A stretch of DNA of 45,432 nucleotides from NCBI GenBank assembly GCA_037968375.1, contig JBBKVJ010000142.1, positions 1 to 45,432 of the forward strand. The letters run 5' to 3'. The position numbers and the translations under genes were made by a program. The notes below the pieces were generated by a model, which had not been told where the DNA came from, ran no database searches, and saw only the letters and a list, made by a program, of their open reading frames with translations. Source of the stretch: Paracoccaceae bacterium. Its GTDB lineage: Bacteria > Pseudomonadota > Alphaproteobacteria > Rhodobacterales > Rhodobacteraceae. The number at the start of each line of letters is the position of its first letter. Position 1 is the stretch's first letter. Shown one piece after another: positions 28,575-40,449 of the stretch.

Positions 28575-29894
28575 CTACCGCAGCGGTGGCAACCGGCTGG
28601 CCTTCGACGCCGCCGGTGGCGCCTTTGCCTGCACCTCGCCGGGCGCGATCAGTATCGCGCGAAAATCATTCACATTGGTCAGCGTCGGCCCCGTCACAAC
28701 CTGATCCTTGATCCGCGCAAAGAAGCCGTGGCTGTCATTCGCCTTTAGCGCCGCCTGCGGGTCCAACCCCAAAGCTGCCGCGCGCGCCAAGGTATCCGGC
28801 CCAACCATCGCGCCCGCAACTTCTGCCGCACCGTCCACGCCATCGGTGTCGCAGGCAATCGCGTTCACCCCGCTTGCACCCTTCAGCGCAATCGCCAGCG
28901 CCAGACAGAACTCGGCATTCGGCCCGCCGATGCCCGCGCCCCGCCGAGTCACCGTCAACTCGCCCCCCGACAGCAGCAATACCGGCGCATCGCCCGGTTT
29001 CAGCGCCGCCTTCACCTCGAACGCCATCATCGCCTGCGCTGCGGCCGCCTCGCGCGCCTCACCCTCCAGCGCGTCGCCCAGCAGACGTACTTCGATCCCC
29101 GCCGCCTCAGCCATTTCTGCAGCCGCCGCCAGCGATTGCGAAGGCGCCGCAAAGACGACATTCTCGACCCGCGACAGCCGTTCGTCACCGGGAGGAATAA
29201 CGCCGCTTTGCCCTTGCAGAATTGCGTCCACCGAGGCCGACGCCGTGATCCCCCAGCGCTCAAGGATCGCCCGCGCATCACCGGGTGCAGAGGCATCGCC
29301 CACTGTCGGCCCCGAGCCGATGAACGCCGGATCGTCGCCCGGCACATCCGACAAGAGTAGTGCCAGCATCCGCGCGGGATACGCCGCTGCCGCCAGTTGC
29401 CCGCCCTTGACCCGGCTCAGATGCTTGCGCACCGCATTCATCTGCCCGATCGGTGCGCCCGAGGCTAACAATGCCTCGTTCACGCCGCGCTTTTCATCAA
29501 GTGTTATTTGCCCCGCAGGCGCCACCAACAGCGCCGAGGCCCCACCCGAAATCAGCGCCAGCACGAAGTCGCCCTCACCCAGCCCCGACAGCATCTGAAG
29601 CATCCGCAGCGTCGCCGCAGCGCCCCGCGCATCGGGCACCGGATGTGACGCCTCGACAATCTCGATGCCGACGCAAGGCCGCGCATAGCCGTCGCGGGTG
29701 ATCACCAACCCCTCGCACGGCCCCCAATACGCCTCGACCGCCTCGGCCATCCGCGCCGAGGCCTTGCCCGCGCCGATCACCAGAACCCGACCCTTGGGGC
29801 GCGCAGGCAGAAACCCGGCCAGGCTTTGCATCGGGTCGGCGACCTCGACCGCGCGGTCAAAGAGGTCGCGCAAAAGGGATCGTGCTTCGGTCAT
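28575..29894 (-). CDS. Glycerate 2-kinase / hydroxypyruvate reductase-like protein (DUF4147 + MOFRL domains)
   Basis: 439 aa. It has VIGAGKASARMAEA, LISGGASALL and KHLSRVKGG motifs and a C-terminal MOFRL-type region. Confidence 0.85.
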   Translation of the reverse strand: MTEARSLLRDLFDRAVEVADPMQSLAGFLPARPKGRVLVIGAGKASARMAEAVEAYWGPCEGLVITRDGYARPCVGIEIVEASHPVPDARGAAATLRMLQMLSGLGEGDFVLALISGGASALLVAPAGQITLDEKRGVNEALLASGAPIGQMNAVRKHLSRVKGGQLAAAAYPARMLALLLSDVPGDDPAFIGSGPTVGDASAPGDARAILERWGITASASVDAILQGQSGVIPPGDERLSRVENVVFAAPSQSLAAAAEMAEAAGIEVRLLGDALEGEAREAAAAQAMMAFEVKAALKPGDAPVLLLSGGELTVTRRGAGIGGPNAEFCLALAIALKGASGVNAIACDTDGVDGAAEVAGAMVGPDTLARAAALGLDPQAALKANDSHGFFARIKDQVVTGPTLTNVNDFRAILIAPGEVQAKAPPAASKASRLPPLR

Positions 29895-29972
29895 CGCGGG
29901 TCCCGTGGTTGCCAGCCCGAAAGGCTAGGCCGATCAGGGGCCGCAAATCCAGCGCCGATGGCATGACGCCAT

Positions 29973-30007
29973 AAAAAAACGGCGCCGGATTTCCCGGCGC
30001 CGTTTTG
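29973..30007 (-). terminator. Rho-independent terminator downstream of the BCCT transporter gene (bidirectional shape)
   Basis: 10-bp GC-rich stem ACGGCGCCGG/CCGGCGCCGT (29979-29988 and 29994-30003) with a 5-nt loop. An A7 tract on the plus strand gives a U7 tail on the minus-strand transcript, and TTTT follows on the plus strand. Confidence 0.8.
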
Positions 30008-30024
30008 GCTGTCTTGCTATGCGC

Positions 30025-31866
30025 CTACTCTGCCGGCGCGGGCGCACCCATGGCGACGGCTTCCTTATCGCGCAGACCGTCGCGATACAGCGCCTTGATC
30101 AGCGAGGCGCACATCAGCCCCATGACCATCGTGAACGGCAGCGCCCCGATGATCATCGCACTTTTCAGCGCTTCCATCGGATCGGCCCCGCCGTTGGTCT
30201 TGCCCGCTACCAGCAGCGTGCCGATCACCAAGGTCAGGATCACACCCCAGACGATGCGGTGCTTGATACCGGTTTCCTGCTCGCCGCCCGACATGATGGT
30301 GTTCATCACCAGGATGCCACTGTCCGCCGAGGTCACGAGGAAGGTCATGATCAGCACCACGCACATGATGGTAATCACCTGCAGGAATCCGCCCGAGATC
30401 ATCTCTCCCAAAGTCACGAACAACTTCGCCGTGTTCGAGGCCGCGATGATCGTGCCATCGGCACCGCCGGCCAGTTCCAGGTCGATGGCGGTGCCGCCAA
30501 GGATGGTCATCCAGGCGAAACAGACCATCGCCGGGGCCAAAACGCAGCCGACGATGAATTCGCGCACCGTGCGGCCCTTCGAGATGCGTGCCAGGAAAAG
30601 CCCCACGAAGGGCGAGAAGGCGATCCACCAGGCCCAGTAGAACGTGGTCCACCCGGCCTGCCAGCCAAACAGCCGTCCATCGGTTCCGGCGGCATAGGCC
30701 GCTTGCTGAACCTCGGGCGACAGGGCTGCGGCGGCGCCGCTCAAACCGCCCTGAAACGCCTCGAACGAACCCCAGGCGTTGGTCGCGCCCGAGAAAAGAT
30801 CACCGGCCAGAGGTGCTGCTTCTGCCGGAAGCCCCGCCGCGAATTCCTCGGCAGACATCGGCGTGTAGGCACCAAAGCTGAGCTGCACGAAGTTCAAGAT
30901 GTAATCGACGAAGGCCGACCCGTATGTCGACATCGCAAACAGGAACGATCCGAAGATCACGAAGGTCAGCAACAGGATCAGCGACAGAACCAGGTTCAGG
31001 TTCGACAGATACTTGATCCCGCGTCCGACGCCCGAAACCGCCGAGATGATCGACAGCCCCATGATCATCAAAAGACCCGCAATCAGCCCGACCGTGCCCG
31101 GTGCCGGTGCATCGCCCGTCATGTCCATCATCCAGTCCGCACCGGTGATGGCATACATCCCGTCGATGAACTGACTGACGCCGAAGCCGATGGTCACAGA
31201 AACGCCGAGGATCGTCGCGACAACCCCCAGAACATCGACGATATGGCCAAAGAAGCCGTTGACATACTTGCCGAAAAGCGGTGTCAGCGCCGACCGGATG
31301 GTCAGCGGCATGTCCCGCGTATAGGCGTAATAGGCCAGGCTGAGGCCGGTCACGACATAGATCGCCCAGGCGTGAAAACCGTAGTGCAAAAAGGTGTAGC
31401 GATATCCCGATTGCAGCGCTTCGGGCGTATTGCCCTCGACATTGCCCTTCAGGATCTCGGGGTTCGATCCCCAGAGACCCAGCGGCTCGGCGGTGGCAAA
31501 GACCATCAGACCGACGCCCAGACCGGCCCCGAACATCATAGAAAACCACGAGAAATTCGAGAACTCGGGCCGCACACCGGGCATGCCCATGACCCGCTTG
31601 CCGGTCTGCGGCAGGGCCGCGACGACGAAGAGGAAGAACGCGAAGAAGCCGACGATGATGATGTAGAAGGCGTTGAATTCTTCCAGCAAGCGCCAGTTGA
31701 AGCTGCCCAGAACATCGTTCGAGTTCGCCGGCCAGACCAGCGCCCAGATCACCAGCGCGGCCATGATGGATTTCGAGATCAGCGCGATCGGCACGCTGTT
31801 GCCCTCGTAAAAGCCGCTGTCGGCGGTGCGGATGTCGACGTCTGTGAATGGTGGTTTGATGCTCAT
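30025..31866 (-). CDS. BCCT family (betaine/carnitine/choline) transporter
   Basis: 613-aa polytopic protein. BCCT-type segments are SWFSMMFGAGLGVGLMVFATAEPL and WTTFYWAWWIAFSPFVGLFLARISKGRTVREF. Confidence 0.9.
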   Translation of the reverse strand: MSIKPPFTDVDIRTADSGFYEGNSVPIALISKSIMAALVIWALVWPANSNDVLGSFNWRLLEEFNAFYIIIVGFFAFFLFVVAALPQTGKRVMGMPGVRPEFSNFSWFSMMFGAGLGVGLMVFATAEPLGLWGSNPEILKGNVEGNTPEALQSGYRYTFLHYGFHAWAIYVVTGLSLAYYAYTRDMPLTIRSALTPLFGKYVNGFFGHIVDVLGVVATILGVSVTIGFGVSQFIDGMYAITGADWMMDMTGDAPAPGTVGLIAGLLMIMGLSIISAVSGVGRGIKYLSNLNLVLSLILLLTFVIFGSFLFAMSTYGSAFVDYILNFVQLSFGAYTPMSAEEFAAGLPAEAAPLAGDLFSGATNAWGSFEAFQGGLSGAAAALSPEVQQAAYAAGTDGRLFGWQAGWTTFYWAWWIAFSPFVGLFLARISKGRTVREFIVGCVLAPAMVCFAWMTILGGTAIDLELAGGADGTIIAASNTAKLFVTLGEMISGGFLQVITIMCVVLIMTFLVTSADSGILVMNTIMSGGEQETGIKHRIVWGVILTLVIGTLLVAGKTNGGADPMEALKSAMIIGALPFTMVMGLMCASLIKALYRDGLRDKEAVAMGAPAPAE

Positions 31867-31920
31867 GAGTTCTTGTTGTCCCCCGGTTTTATTTCAAAAG
31901 ACGCGCGCCGATCAACGATA

Positions 31921-31963
31921 CCGCCACACCAAAGCCGCGTCAGTCCTCGCTTTGGTGTGGCGG
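31921..31963 (-). other. Stem-loop (perfect 15-bp stem, 13-nt loop) upstream of the BCCT gene
   Basis: CCGCCACACCAAAGC-N13-GCTTTGGTGTGGCGG lies 55 nt upstream of the BCCT ATG and about 145 nt downstream of the preceding minus-strand gene. No directly adjacent U-tract. Confidence 0.7.
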
Positions 31964-32106
31964 AGTGTGGCACCTGTCGTCACCCAATTTAGCATAAAAA
32001 CGACGTATTCGCCGAGGGAATGCGACAGATCGGGCCGGAAAGTCTCGTCAAGGATGCCCGATGATCCAAAATCACCCGACGCGTGATCCGCGCCCGAGCG
32101 CCGGAC

Positions 32107-32685
32107 CTATCGGTCGTGCATGCCCTTGCCGGCCAATATCTTCGGAGCGTGTTTCTCGATCCGCGATATCCGCGTCTTCGACTGTTTGGGCTGCGAGAAA
32201 TGCAGGCTGTAGCCGCGTTGCCGTCCCGGCGTCAGCGCATCGAACGCTGCCTTCAGCTGTGGATCATCGCGCAACATGACGACCAGCTCGTCCGGTAGCT
32301 CAAGATCGTCGTCCTTGAAATCGACCTTCAGCCCGGCTTTTTCCACCTCGACAGCCTCGCGGATATAGGCCCTTAAAACGGGTGCCACGTCTTCGATCTG
32401 GGCCACGCTGGTCGCCTTGAACATCCGCACCGAGCGTGAATTTTCCCCGGGCGCGACCAGAATCTCCTCGGCATCCTTCAAAAGCACGCCCTTGAAGAAC
32501 GACAGTCCGCAAAAGCCCTTCAACCCCCAGACCGTGGCGACGTTGCCGCCATGCGCGGTGTAGACTGGCGAACGCCATTTGAAATCCTCGGTGACCGGGC
32601 AATCAAGCAGGATCGACCTGAACGCCAGCAGCTCCTCGCGCCAGGCCTTCGCATTGGCAAAAAAGGCTTCAACCCTGGCGTTCAT
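32107..32685 (-). CDS. YdeI/DUF1801-type domain protein of unknown function
   Basis: 192 aa. The N-terminal DUF1801-like region (FKWRSPVYT..G.NV) and C-terminal YdeI-like tail (LTPGRQRGYSLHFSQPKQSKTRISRIEK) are assigned from memory. The start lies 10 nt after the gyrB stop. Confidence 0.65.
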   Translation of the reverse strand: MNARVEAFFANAKAWREELLAFRSILLDCPVTEDFKWRSPVYTAHGGNVATVWGLKGFCGLSFFKGVLLKDAEEILVAPGENSRSVRMFKATSVAQIEDVAPVLRAYIREAVEVEKAGLKVDFKDDDLELPDELVVMLRDDPQLKAAFDALTPGRQRGYSLHFSQPKQSKTRISRIEKHAPKILAGKGMHDR

Positions 32686-32695
32686 GCCTCACACC

Positions 32696-35119
<2,424 letters not shown>

Positions 35120-35228
35120 TTATCCTGCCTGATCACAGCAGTTTATACGAAATCATGGGGGGAATGTCACGCAAGACACACAAGATTTGGTGGTTTGCGC
35201 CATTACGCTTGGGGCGCGGCAGAACCCG

Positions 35229-35519
35229 TCAGATGCGGTGTAGTCTGAGCGGCTTTGTCGCCTCGCGCAGGATCACGCCCTTGGCCTCCTGATCCAGCTG
35301 CGCCGCCTTCAGCCACCAGCCCGCCTTTTCGCCGCCCGGAAACAGATCGTCAGGCAGATGCGGCAGAAGTGCGGCCTTGGCTTCGGCCACGGTCAGCCCC
35401 GGCGCCGCCTTGGGCAGAACCCGCAGCAGCGCCGTCCGCATCGCCTCGAACTTGGCCCGGTCCACCCTGTAGGTGCGGCCCGGCGAGGTGAAATTCTCGA
35501 TCTCGATCTTGTCACGCAT
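35229..35519 (-). CDS. Small conserved hypothetical protein
   Basis: The ORF runs 35229..35543. I prefer the ATG at 35519 (MRDKIEIENF...) because a GAGG lies 6 nt upstream. Codon usage resembles the neighbouring genes. I could not assign a family. Confidence 0.5.
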   Translation of the reverse strand: MRDKIEIENFTSPGRTYRVDRAKFEAMRTALLRVLPKAAPGLTVAEAKAALLPHLPDDLFPGGEKAGWWLKAAQLDQEAKGVILREATKPLRLHRI

Positions 35520-35566
35520 CGGGTGCCTCGTTTGGTCCACCATGTATGTCGCCCAAATTTATCCAA

Positions 35567-36187
35567 TCACACCAGCGGTATCACCACTCCCACCAGAATC
35601 AACAGCGCCCCTGCCCCCCGATTGACCCGCGCCAGCGCCGCGCGCGAGGTCAGCAAAAGCCGCGCCCGGTCGATCATCAGGGCCAGCGCCAGATTGCCCG
35701 CCAAGGGCACCACCATGCTGACCGCCAGGATCGCGATCACATCAGGCCAGGTGATCGCCGACAGATCGAAGAACCCCGGCAGCATCCCCATATAGAACAG
35801 AACCGCCTTTGGGTTGCCGACGATCACCGCCACCCCGGCGGCAAACCCGGCCCACATGCCGGGCCGCGTCAGCCGCCCGTCCATCGGGATCGGCTTGCCC
35901 GCGTGGCGGATCAGCAGCAGCCCCATGCCGATGAATATCGCCGCCGCCACCCATTTCAGCGCGACGAGAAATCCACCCCAGACCGAAACGATCCAGCTGA
36001 CCCCCAGAATGGCCAGCAGCGGCCACAAGAGATCGCCAATCGTCACCCCCACTGCCAGCGGCCAGGCCTGCCGGAACCCGCCGGTCAGGGCCCGCGCGGT
36101 CAGCGCCACCCAGACCGGCCCCGGCGTCAGGAACAGTACCAGCACCGCTCCTGCATAAAGTGCGAGTTCCCAGAAGGTGACGGTCAC
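35567..36187 (-). CDS. LysE/RhtB family amino-acid efflux translocator
   Basis: The GTG at 36187 (GGAGG upstream, GTGA overlap with the upstream stop) gives VTVTFWELALYAGAVLVLFLTPGPVWV..., a typical LysE-family N-terminus. The protein is 206 aa with about 6 TM helices. Confidence 0.82.
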   Translation of the reverse strand: MTVTFWELALYAGAVLVLFLTPGPVWVALTARALTGGFRQAWPLAVGVTIGDLLWPLLAILGVSWIVSVWGGFLVALKWVAAAIFIGMGLLLIRHAGKPIPMDGRLTRPGMWAGFAAGVAVIVGNPKAVLFYMGMLPGFFDLSAITWPDVIAILAVSMVVPLAGNLALALMIDRARLLLTSRAALARVNRGAGALLILVGVVIPLV

Positions 36188-36618
36188 GGCGCCTCCGGCA
36201 GGGTCAGCGAGCCATCCTTTGCGAGCGGCCAGAAAGGGTTCATCGCGACCTCCCAGACGTGCCCGTCGGGATCGGCCCAATACCCCGAGTAGCCACCCCA
36301 GAACACCTTTTCGGGCACCTTCAAGGCCGTCCCACCCGCCGCCAGAGCCGCCGCATAGGCGGCATCCACTTCGGCCTCGGTCGAAAAATTCTGCGCCAAT
36401 GTTATTGCTCCGGTGCCCAGCTTTGCCCCCGTCCGGCCCTGATCGGCGGCAAGAGCCTCCAGCCCGAACAGCCCCAGAACCGCGCCGTTGATCTGATAGA
36501 ACACAACCGTCTCTTGCGAGTGCTCCGATTCCGCCCAGCCGAGGCTTGCGTAGAATGCCCGGCTCGCCGCCAGATCAGCCACGCCAAGCGTGATCAGGGT
36601 CACCCGTTGCAGTGTCAT
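36184..36618 (-). CDS. VOC (glyoxalase/bleomycin-resistance/dioxygenase) family protein
   Basis: The ATG at 36618 overlaps the recF stop (ATGA). MTLQRVTLITLGVADLAASRAFYASLGW... is a VOC fold signature. The protein is 144 aa. Confidence 0.82.
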   Translation of the reverse strand: MTLQRVTLITLGVADLAASRAFYASLGWAESEHSQETVVFYQINGAVLGLFGLEALAADQGRTGAKLGTGAITLAQNFSTEAEVDAAYAAALAAGGTALKVPEKVFWGGYSGYWADPDGHVWEVAMNPFWPLAKDGSLTLPEAP

Positions 36619-37709
36619 CCCGTGCTCTTTTCGTGGACAGTCGAAACCCCGCCCGCTTCGGTCACTTCGAACTGCTGCGCCCGGCCCCCCAGTGCCGTGA
36701 ACAACTCGGCCCCGGTGCCCGTCATCCACGCCTGAGCACCCAGCGCGCAGACCTCGTCATACAGCGCCGCGCGACGCCCCGCGTCCAGATGTGCCGCGAC
36801 CTCATCCAGCAACAGGATCGGCGGCGCGCCGAAATCCTGCGCCAGCGCGCGGGCATTGGCCAAGATCAGCGACAGAAGCAGCGCCTTCTGCTCGCCGGTC
36901 GAACATTGATCCGCCGCGACCCCCTTGGCGGTATAGACCGCCTGCAGATCGGCGCGGTGCGGTCCTACCAGCGAACGCCCGGCACGCAGATCGGCGGGGC
37001 GCGAGGCGGCCAGCGCCTCGGTCAAATCCTCGCCCTCGGGTTCAACCAGGGTCAGCCCGGCGACGGGAAACGCAGTCTCGGCCCCCTCCTGCGCCATCAT
37101 CAGCCGTGCCACCGCCTGCGCCCGATTGGCCCGGATCGCGGTTCCCGCGACCGCCATCTGGCCTTCAAGGGCTGCATACCAATGCCCGTCCGACACCTGA
37201 TCGCGCAACAGCCGGTTCCGCTCGCGCATCGCTTTCTCGTAATCCAGCACCGCCTCGGCATGGCCCGGCTCGAAACTCAGCGCGATCCGGTCCAGAAACC
37301 TCCGCCGCCCGTCCGCCCCCTCGGTCCAAAGCCGGTCCATTACGGGCACCAGCCACAACACCCGTGAGATCCGCCCCAAAGCCACCTGCGCCGCCGCCTT
37401 GCCGTCGATCCGCACAGCCCGCGCGCCGCCCGGCTCGGCCCAGGTCTCGACCTCATGCACCTGATGCAGGCTTTGCAACACGCCCGCGACCTTCCAGCCC
37501 AGCGCCTCGGGCTGTCGCGCCATCTCATCGGCAGTCGCACGCCGCAACCCGCGCCCGGGCGACAGCAAGGACACCGCCTCAAGAATATTGGTCTTGCCGG
37601 CCCCGTTGGCGCCGTAGATCGCCACCGGCCCGCCGGAAAGCTGCAGCCGCGCCGCCCGATGGCTGCGAAAATGCGACAGGCGCACGTCGGTTACCGCAAG
37701 ACCCGGCAC
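36615..37709 (-). CDS. recF: DNA replication and repair protein RecF
   Basis: 364 aa. The GTG start has an AAGGAAGG Shine-Dalgarno 7 nt upstream. Walker A is GANGAGKTNILEA, the signature region is STGEQKALLLSL, and Walker B is ILLLDEV. Confidence 0.93.
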   Translation of the reverse strand: MPGLAVTDVRLSHFRSHRAARLQLSGGPVAIYGANGAGKTNILEAVSLLSPGRGLRRATADEMARQPEALGWKVAGVLQSLHQVHEVETWAEPGGARAVRIDGKAAAQVALGRISRVLWLVPVMDRLWTEGADGRRRFLDRIALSFEPGHAEAVLDYEKAMRERNRLLRDQVSDGHWYAALEGQMAVAGTAIRANRAQAVARLMMAQEGAETAFPVAGLTLVEPEGEDLTEALAASRPADLRAGRSLVGPHRADLQAVYTAKGVAADQCSTGEQKALLLSLILANARALAQDFGAPPILLLDEVAAHLDAGRRAALYDEVCALGAQAWMTGTGAELFTALGGRAQQFEVTEAGGVSTVHEKSTG

Positions 37710-37809
37710 CGATCGGCCTTCCTTTTGTCAAAAATACCGTCGGGGGGGCGCGAAGCGCGGGGGGCAGACAGCCCCCCTCTGGACCCCGCCACCAAATCCA
37801 GACCGGGCC

Positions 37810-38928
37810 TCACACCCGCATCGGCATCACGACATAGACCGCCGACATGTCGCTACCCTCGCGCATCAGCGTCGGATCGCCGGACGAGTTGAACAGGAAC
37901 ACCGCATTCTCGCGGTCGACCTGGCTGGCGATTTCCAGAAGATATTTGGCGTTGAAGCCGATCTCGAGCCGCTCGTCACCATAGGCAACCGCCAGCTCCT
38001 CTTCCGCCGCACCACTATCGGGCGCGTTGACCGACAGGACCAGCCGGTCCTCGTCCAGCGACAGTTTCACCGCGCGCGACCGCTCGGAGGATACCGTGGC
38101 CACCCGGTCAACGGCCTGCGCGAACTCTGCCGCATCGACTTCAAGACGCTTGGTATTGCCGGTCGGGATTACCCGGGTGTAATCGGGGAAGGTGCCGTCG
38201 ATCACCTTCGATGTCAGGGTGATCTCGGGCGTCGCGAACCGCACTTTGGTTTCGCTGACGCTGACCGCGATCTTGGCGTCATCATCGTCCAGAAGCTTGC
38301 GCAACTCGCCCACCGTCTTGCGTGGCACGATCACGCCCGGCATGTCCTCGGCGCCGTCCGGCAGGGGCGCGTCGATCCGCGCCAGGCGGTGGCCGTCCGT
38401 CGCGACACAGCGCAGCGCCTTGCCGTCGTCGCCGGTGGCAACATGCATGTAGACGCCGTTGAGGTAATAGCGCGTTTCTTCGGTCGAGATCGCGAATTTC
38501 GACTTGTCGAACAGGCGCCGCAGCACCGGCGCGTCGCACGAAAAGTTCGAGGCATATTCCGATGAGGCCATCACCGGGAAATCTTCCTTGGGCAGGGTCG
38601 CCAATGAAAATGTCGACCGGCCCGCCGCCACCGTCAACCGCCCCGAGGCGCTGTCGTCGGACAAGTTGACCAGCGCCCCATCGGGCAGTTTGCGCACGAT
38701 CTCGTGCAGCATCACCGCCGAGACGGTGGTCGCACCGGCGCGTTCCACCTGGGCCTTGATCTTGTCGACCACCTCGATATCGAGGTCGGTGGCGCGAAAG
38801 CTGACCGTCTCGCCCTCGGCCTCGATCAGCACATTGGCGAGGATCGGAATGGTGTTGCGCCGCTCGACAACCGATTGCGCCTGGCCCAACGCCTTGAGAA
38901 GTGTGCCGCGTTCGATGCTGATCTTCAT
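37810..38928 (-). CDS. dnaN: DNA polymerase III beta sliding clamp
   Basis: 372 aa. MKISIERGTLLKALGQAQSVVERRNTIPILANVLIEA... is a canonical DnaN sequence. Confidence 0.95.
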   Translation of the reverse strand: MKISIERGTLLKALGQAQSVVERRNTIPILANVLIEAEGETVSFRATDLDIEVVDKIKAQVERAGATTVSAVMLHEIVRKLPDGALVNLSDDSASGRLTVAAGRSTFSLATLPKEDFPVMASSEYASNFSCDAPVLRRLFDKSKFAISTEETRYYLNGVYMHVATGDDGKALRCVATDGHRLARIDAPLPDGAEDMPGVIVPRKTVGELRKLLDDDDAKIAVSVSETKVRFATPEITLTSKVIDGTFPDYTRVIPTGNTKRLEVDAAEFAQAVDRVATVSSERSRAVKLSLDEDRLVLSVNAPDSGAAEEELAVAYGDERLEIGFNAKYLLEIASQVDRENAVFLFNSSGDPTLMREGSDMSAVYVVMPMRV

Positions 38929-39084
38929 GTCCGTCCCCCACCAGCGGCGCGTCTGCCTGAAATCACTTCACCGCCGGGACGGTAAAATTAGCCATTCCGC
39001 CCGGCGGCACAAGCACTTTCGGGCAGACTCCCCTGTCATGCGGGACGGGTCAAGGCCCGGCGCACATTTCAGCGGTCGGGTGTT

Positions 39085-40449
39085 TCAGGATTCCAGCGTC
39101 CGGCGCAGCATCTCGACATCCTCGGCCAGCTGCGTATCTGCCGCCTTCAACTCTTCGATCCGGCGCACGCCGTGCATCACGGTGGTATGGTCGCGGCCAC
39201 CAAAGCGGCGCCCGATCTCGGGCAGGCTGCGTGTGGTCATCCGCTTCGCCAGCCACATCGCCACCTGTCGCGGACGCGCGATCGTGCGCACCCGTTTGGG
39301 GCCCAGAAGGTCCGACAGGCGGATGTTGAAATGCTCGCAGACCTTGCGCTGAATCTCTTCGACCGTGACCTTCCGGTCAGAGTGTTTCAGCATGTCAGCC
39401 AGACAATCCTGCGCCAGATCCAGGGTGATCTCCTTGCCGACCAGCGAGGCGAAGGCGAACAGCCGCGTCAGCGCGCCTTCCAGAACCCGGACGTTGGTGG
39501 TGATCCGGTGCGCGATGAACTCAAGGACGCCCGCCTCCATCACCAGACCCTTGTATTGCTGGCGGTAGAAACCGACCTTTTGCTGCAGTATGCCCAGACG
39601 CAGCTCGTAGTTCGTTGGATGCAGATCGACGACAAGGCCGCATTGCAGGCGGCTCTTGATCCGCTCTTCCAGGTCCTTGATCTCGCCCGGGGCGCGGTCG
39701 GCCGAGATGATGATTTGCTTGTGCTGATCGACCAGCGCATTGAAGGTGTGAAAGAATTCCTCTTGCGTCGATTCCTTGCCGGCGATGAACTGCACATCGT
39801 CGACCATCAGGATATCGACCGAGCGGAACAGCGTCTTGAAGGTCATCATGTCCTTGTCGCGCAGTGCCTGCACGAACTGATACATGAACTGCTCTGCCGA
39901 CAGGTAGACGATGCGCAAGTCGGGGTCGCGGGCCTGCGCCTCCCAGGCGATGGCATGCATCAGATGGGTCTTGCCAAGCCCGGAGCCGCCATAAAGGAAC
40001 AGCGGGTTGAAGGTGACCGGGCCGCCTTCGGCAACGCGCTTGGCCGCAGCATGGGCCAGTTCATTGGGCTTGCCGACGACGAAGCTGTCGAAGGTGAACC
40101 GGGGATCAAGATCGGCACCGGGCAGATCGGCGTCATGGCGGGCGGTCTTTCGCGCCAGGGCTCGGGGTCTGACCTTGGCATCATCCAAGGCAGTGCGGCC
40201 CGGCCCGGATTTGCAGACTTCGAAATTGATCCGTTTTACCTTGGTACCGGTGTCGGCGATCTGTTTCAGAATCGGATCGCGAAACACCCGCTCGACCCAG
40301 TTTCCGACGAACAGCGTGGGCACGAGGATCGTGACGACGCCATCGGTAAAATCCTTGAATTCCAGCGGCTCGATCCAGGTCGTATAGTTGTCCTTGCCGA
40401 CTGTCTTTCGCAGTTCTGCAAGCACCTGTCCCCAAGTCTCGTTCGTCAT
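39085..40449 (-). CDS. dnaA: Chromosomal replication initiator protein DnaA
   Basis: 454 aa. The AAA+ Walker A is GGSGLGKTHLMHA, Walker B is VDDVQFI, and the domain IV DNA-binding helix reads GGRDHTTVMHGVRRIEEL. Confidence 0.96.
   Translation of the reverse strand: MTNETWGQVLAELRKTVGKDNYTTWIEPLEFKDFTDGVVTILVPTLFVGNWVERVFRDPILKQIADTGTKVKRINFEVCKSGPGRTALDDAKVRPRALARKTARHDADLPGADLDPRFTFDSFVVGKPNELAHAAAKRVAEGGPVTFNPLFLYGGSGLGKTHLMHAIAWEAQARDPDLRIVYLSAEQFMYQFVQALRDKDMMTFKTLFRSVDILMVDDVQFIAGKESTQEEFFHTFNALVDQHKQIIISADRAPGEIKDLEERIKSRLQCGLVVDLHPTNYELRLGILQQKVGFYRQQYKGLVMEAGVLEFIAHRITTNVRVLEGALTRLFAFASLVGKEITLDLAQDCLADMLKHSDRKVTVEEIQRKVCEHFNIRLSDLLGPKRVRTIARPRQVAMWLAKRMTTRSLPEIGRRFGGRDHTTVMHGVRRIEELKAADTQLAEDVEMLRRTLES

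Noticed and set aside
28385-28711. 108-aa plus-strand ORF spanning repeat copy B and the glycerate kinase 3' end
   Set aside because: It overlaps the repeat element and the antisense of a well-supported gene. It has no start or Shine-Dalgarno context that survives comparison with copy A, because an indel breaks the frame.
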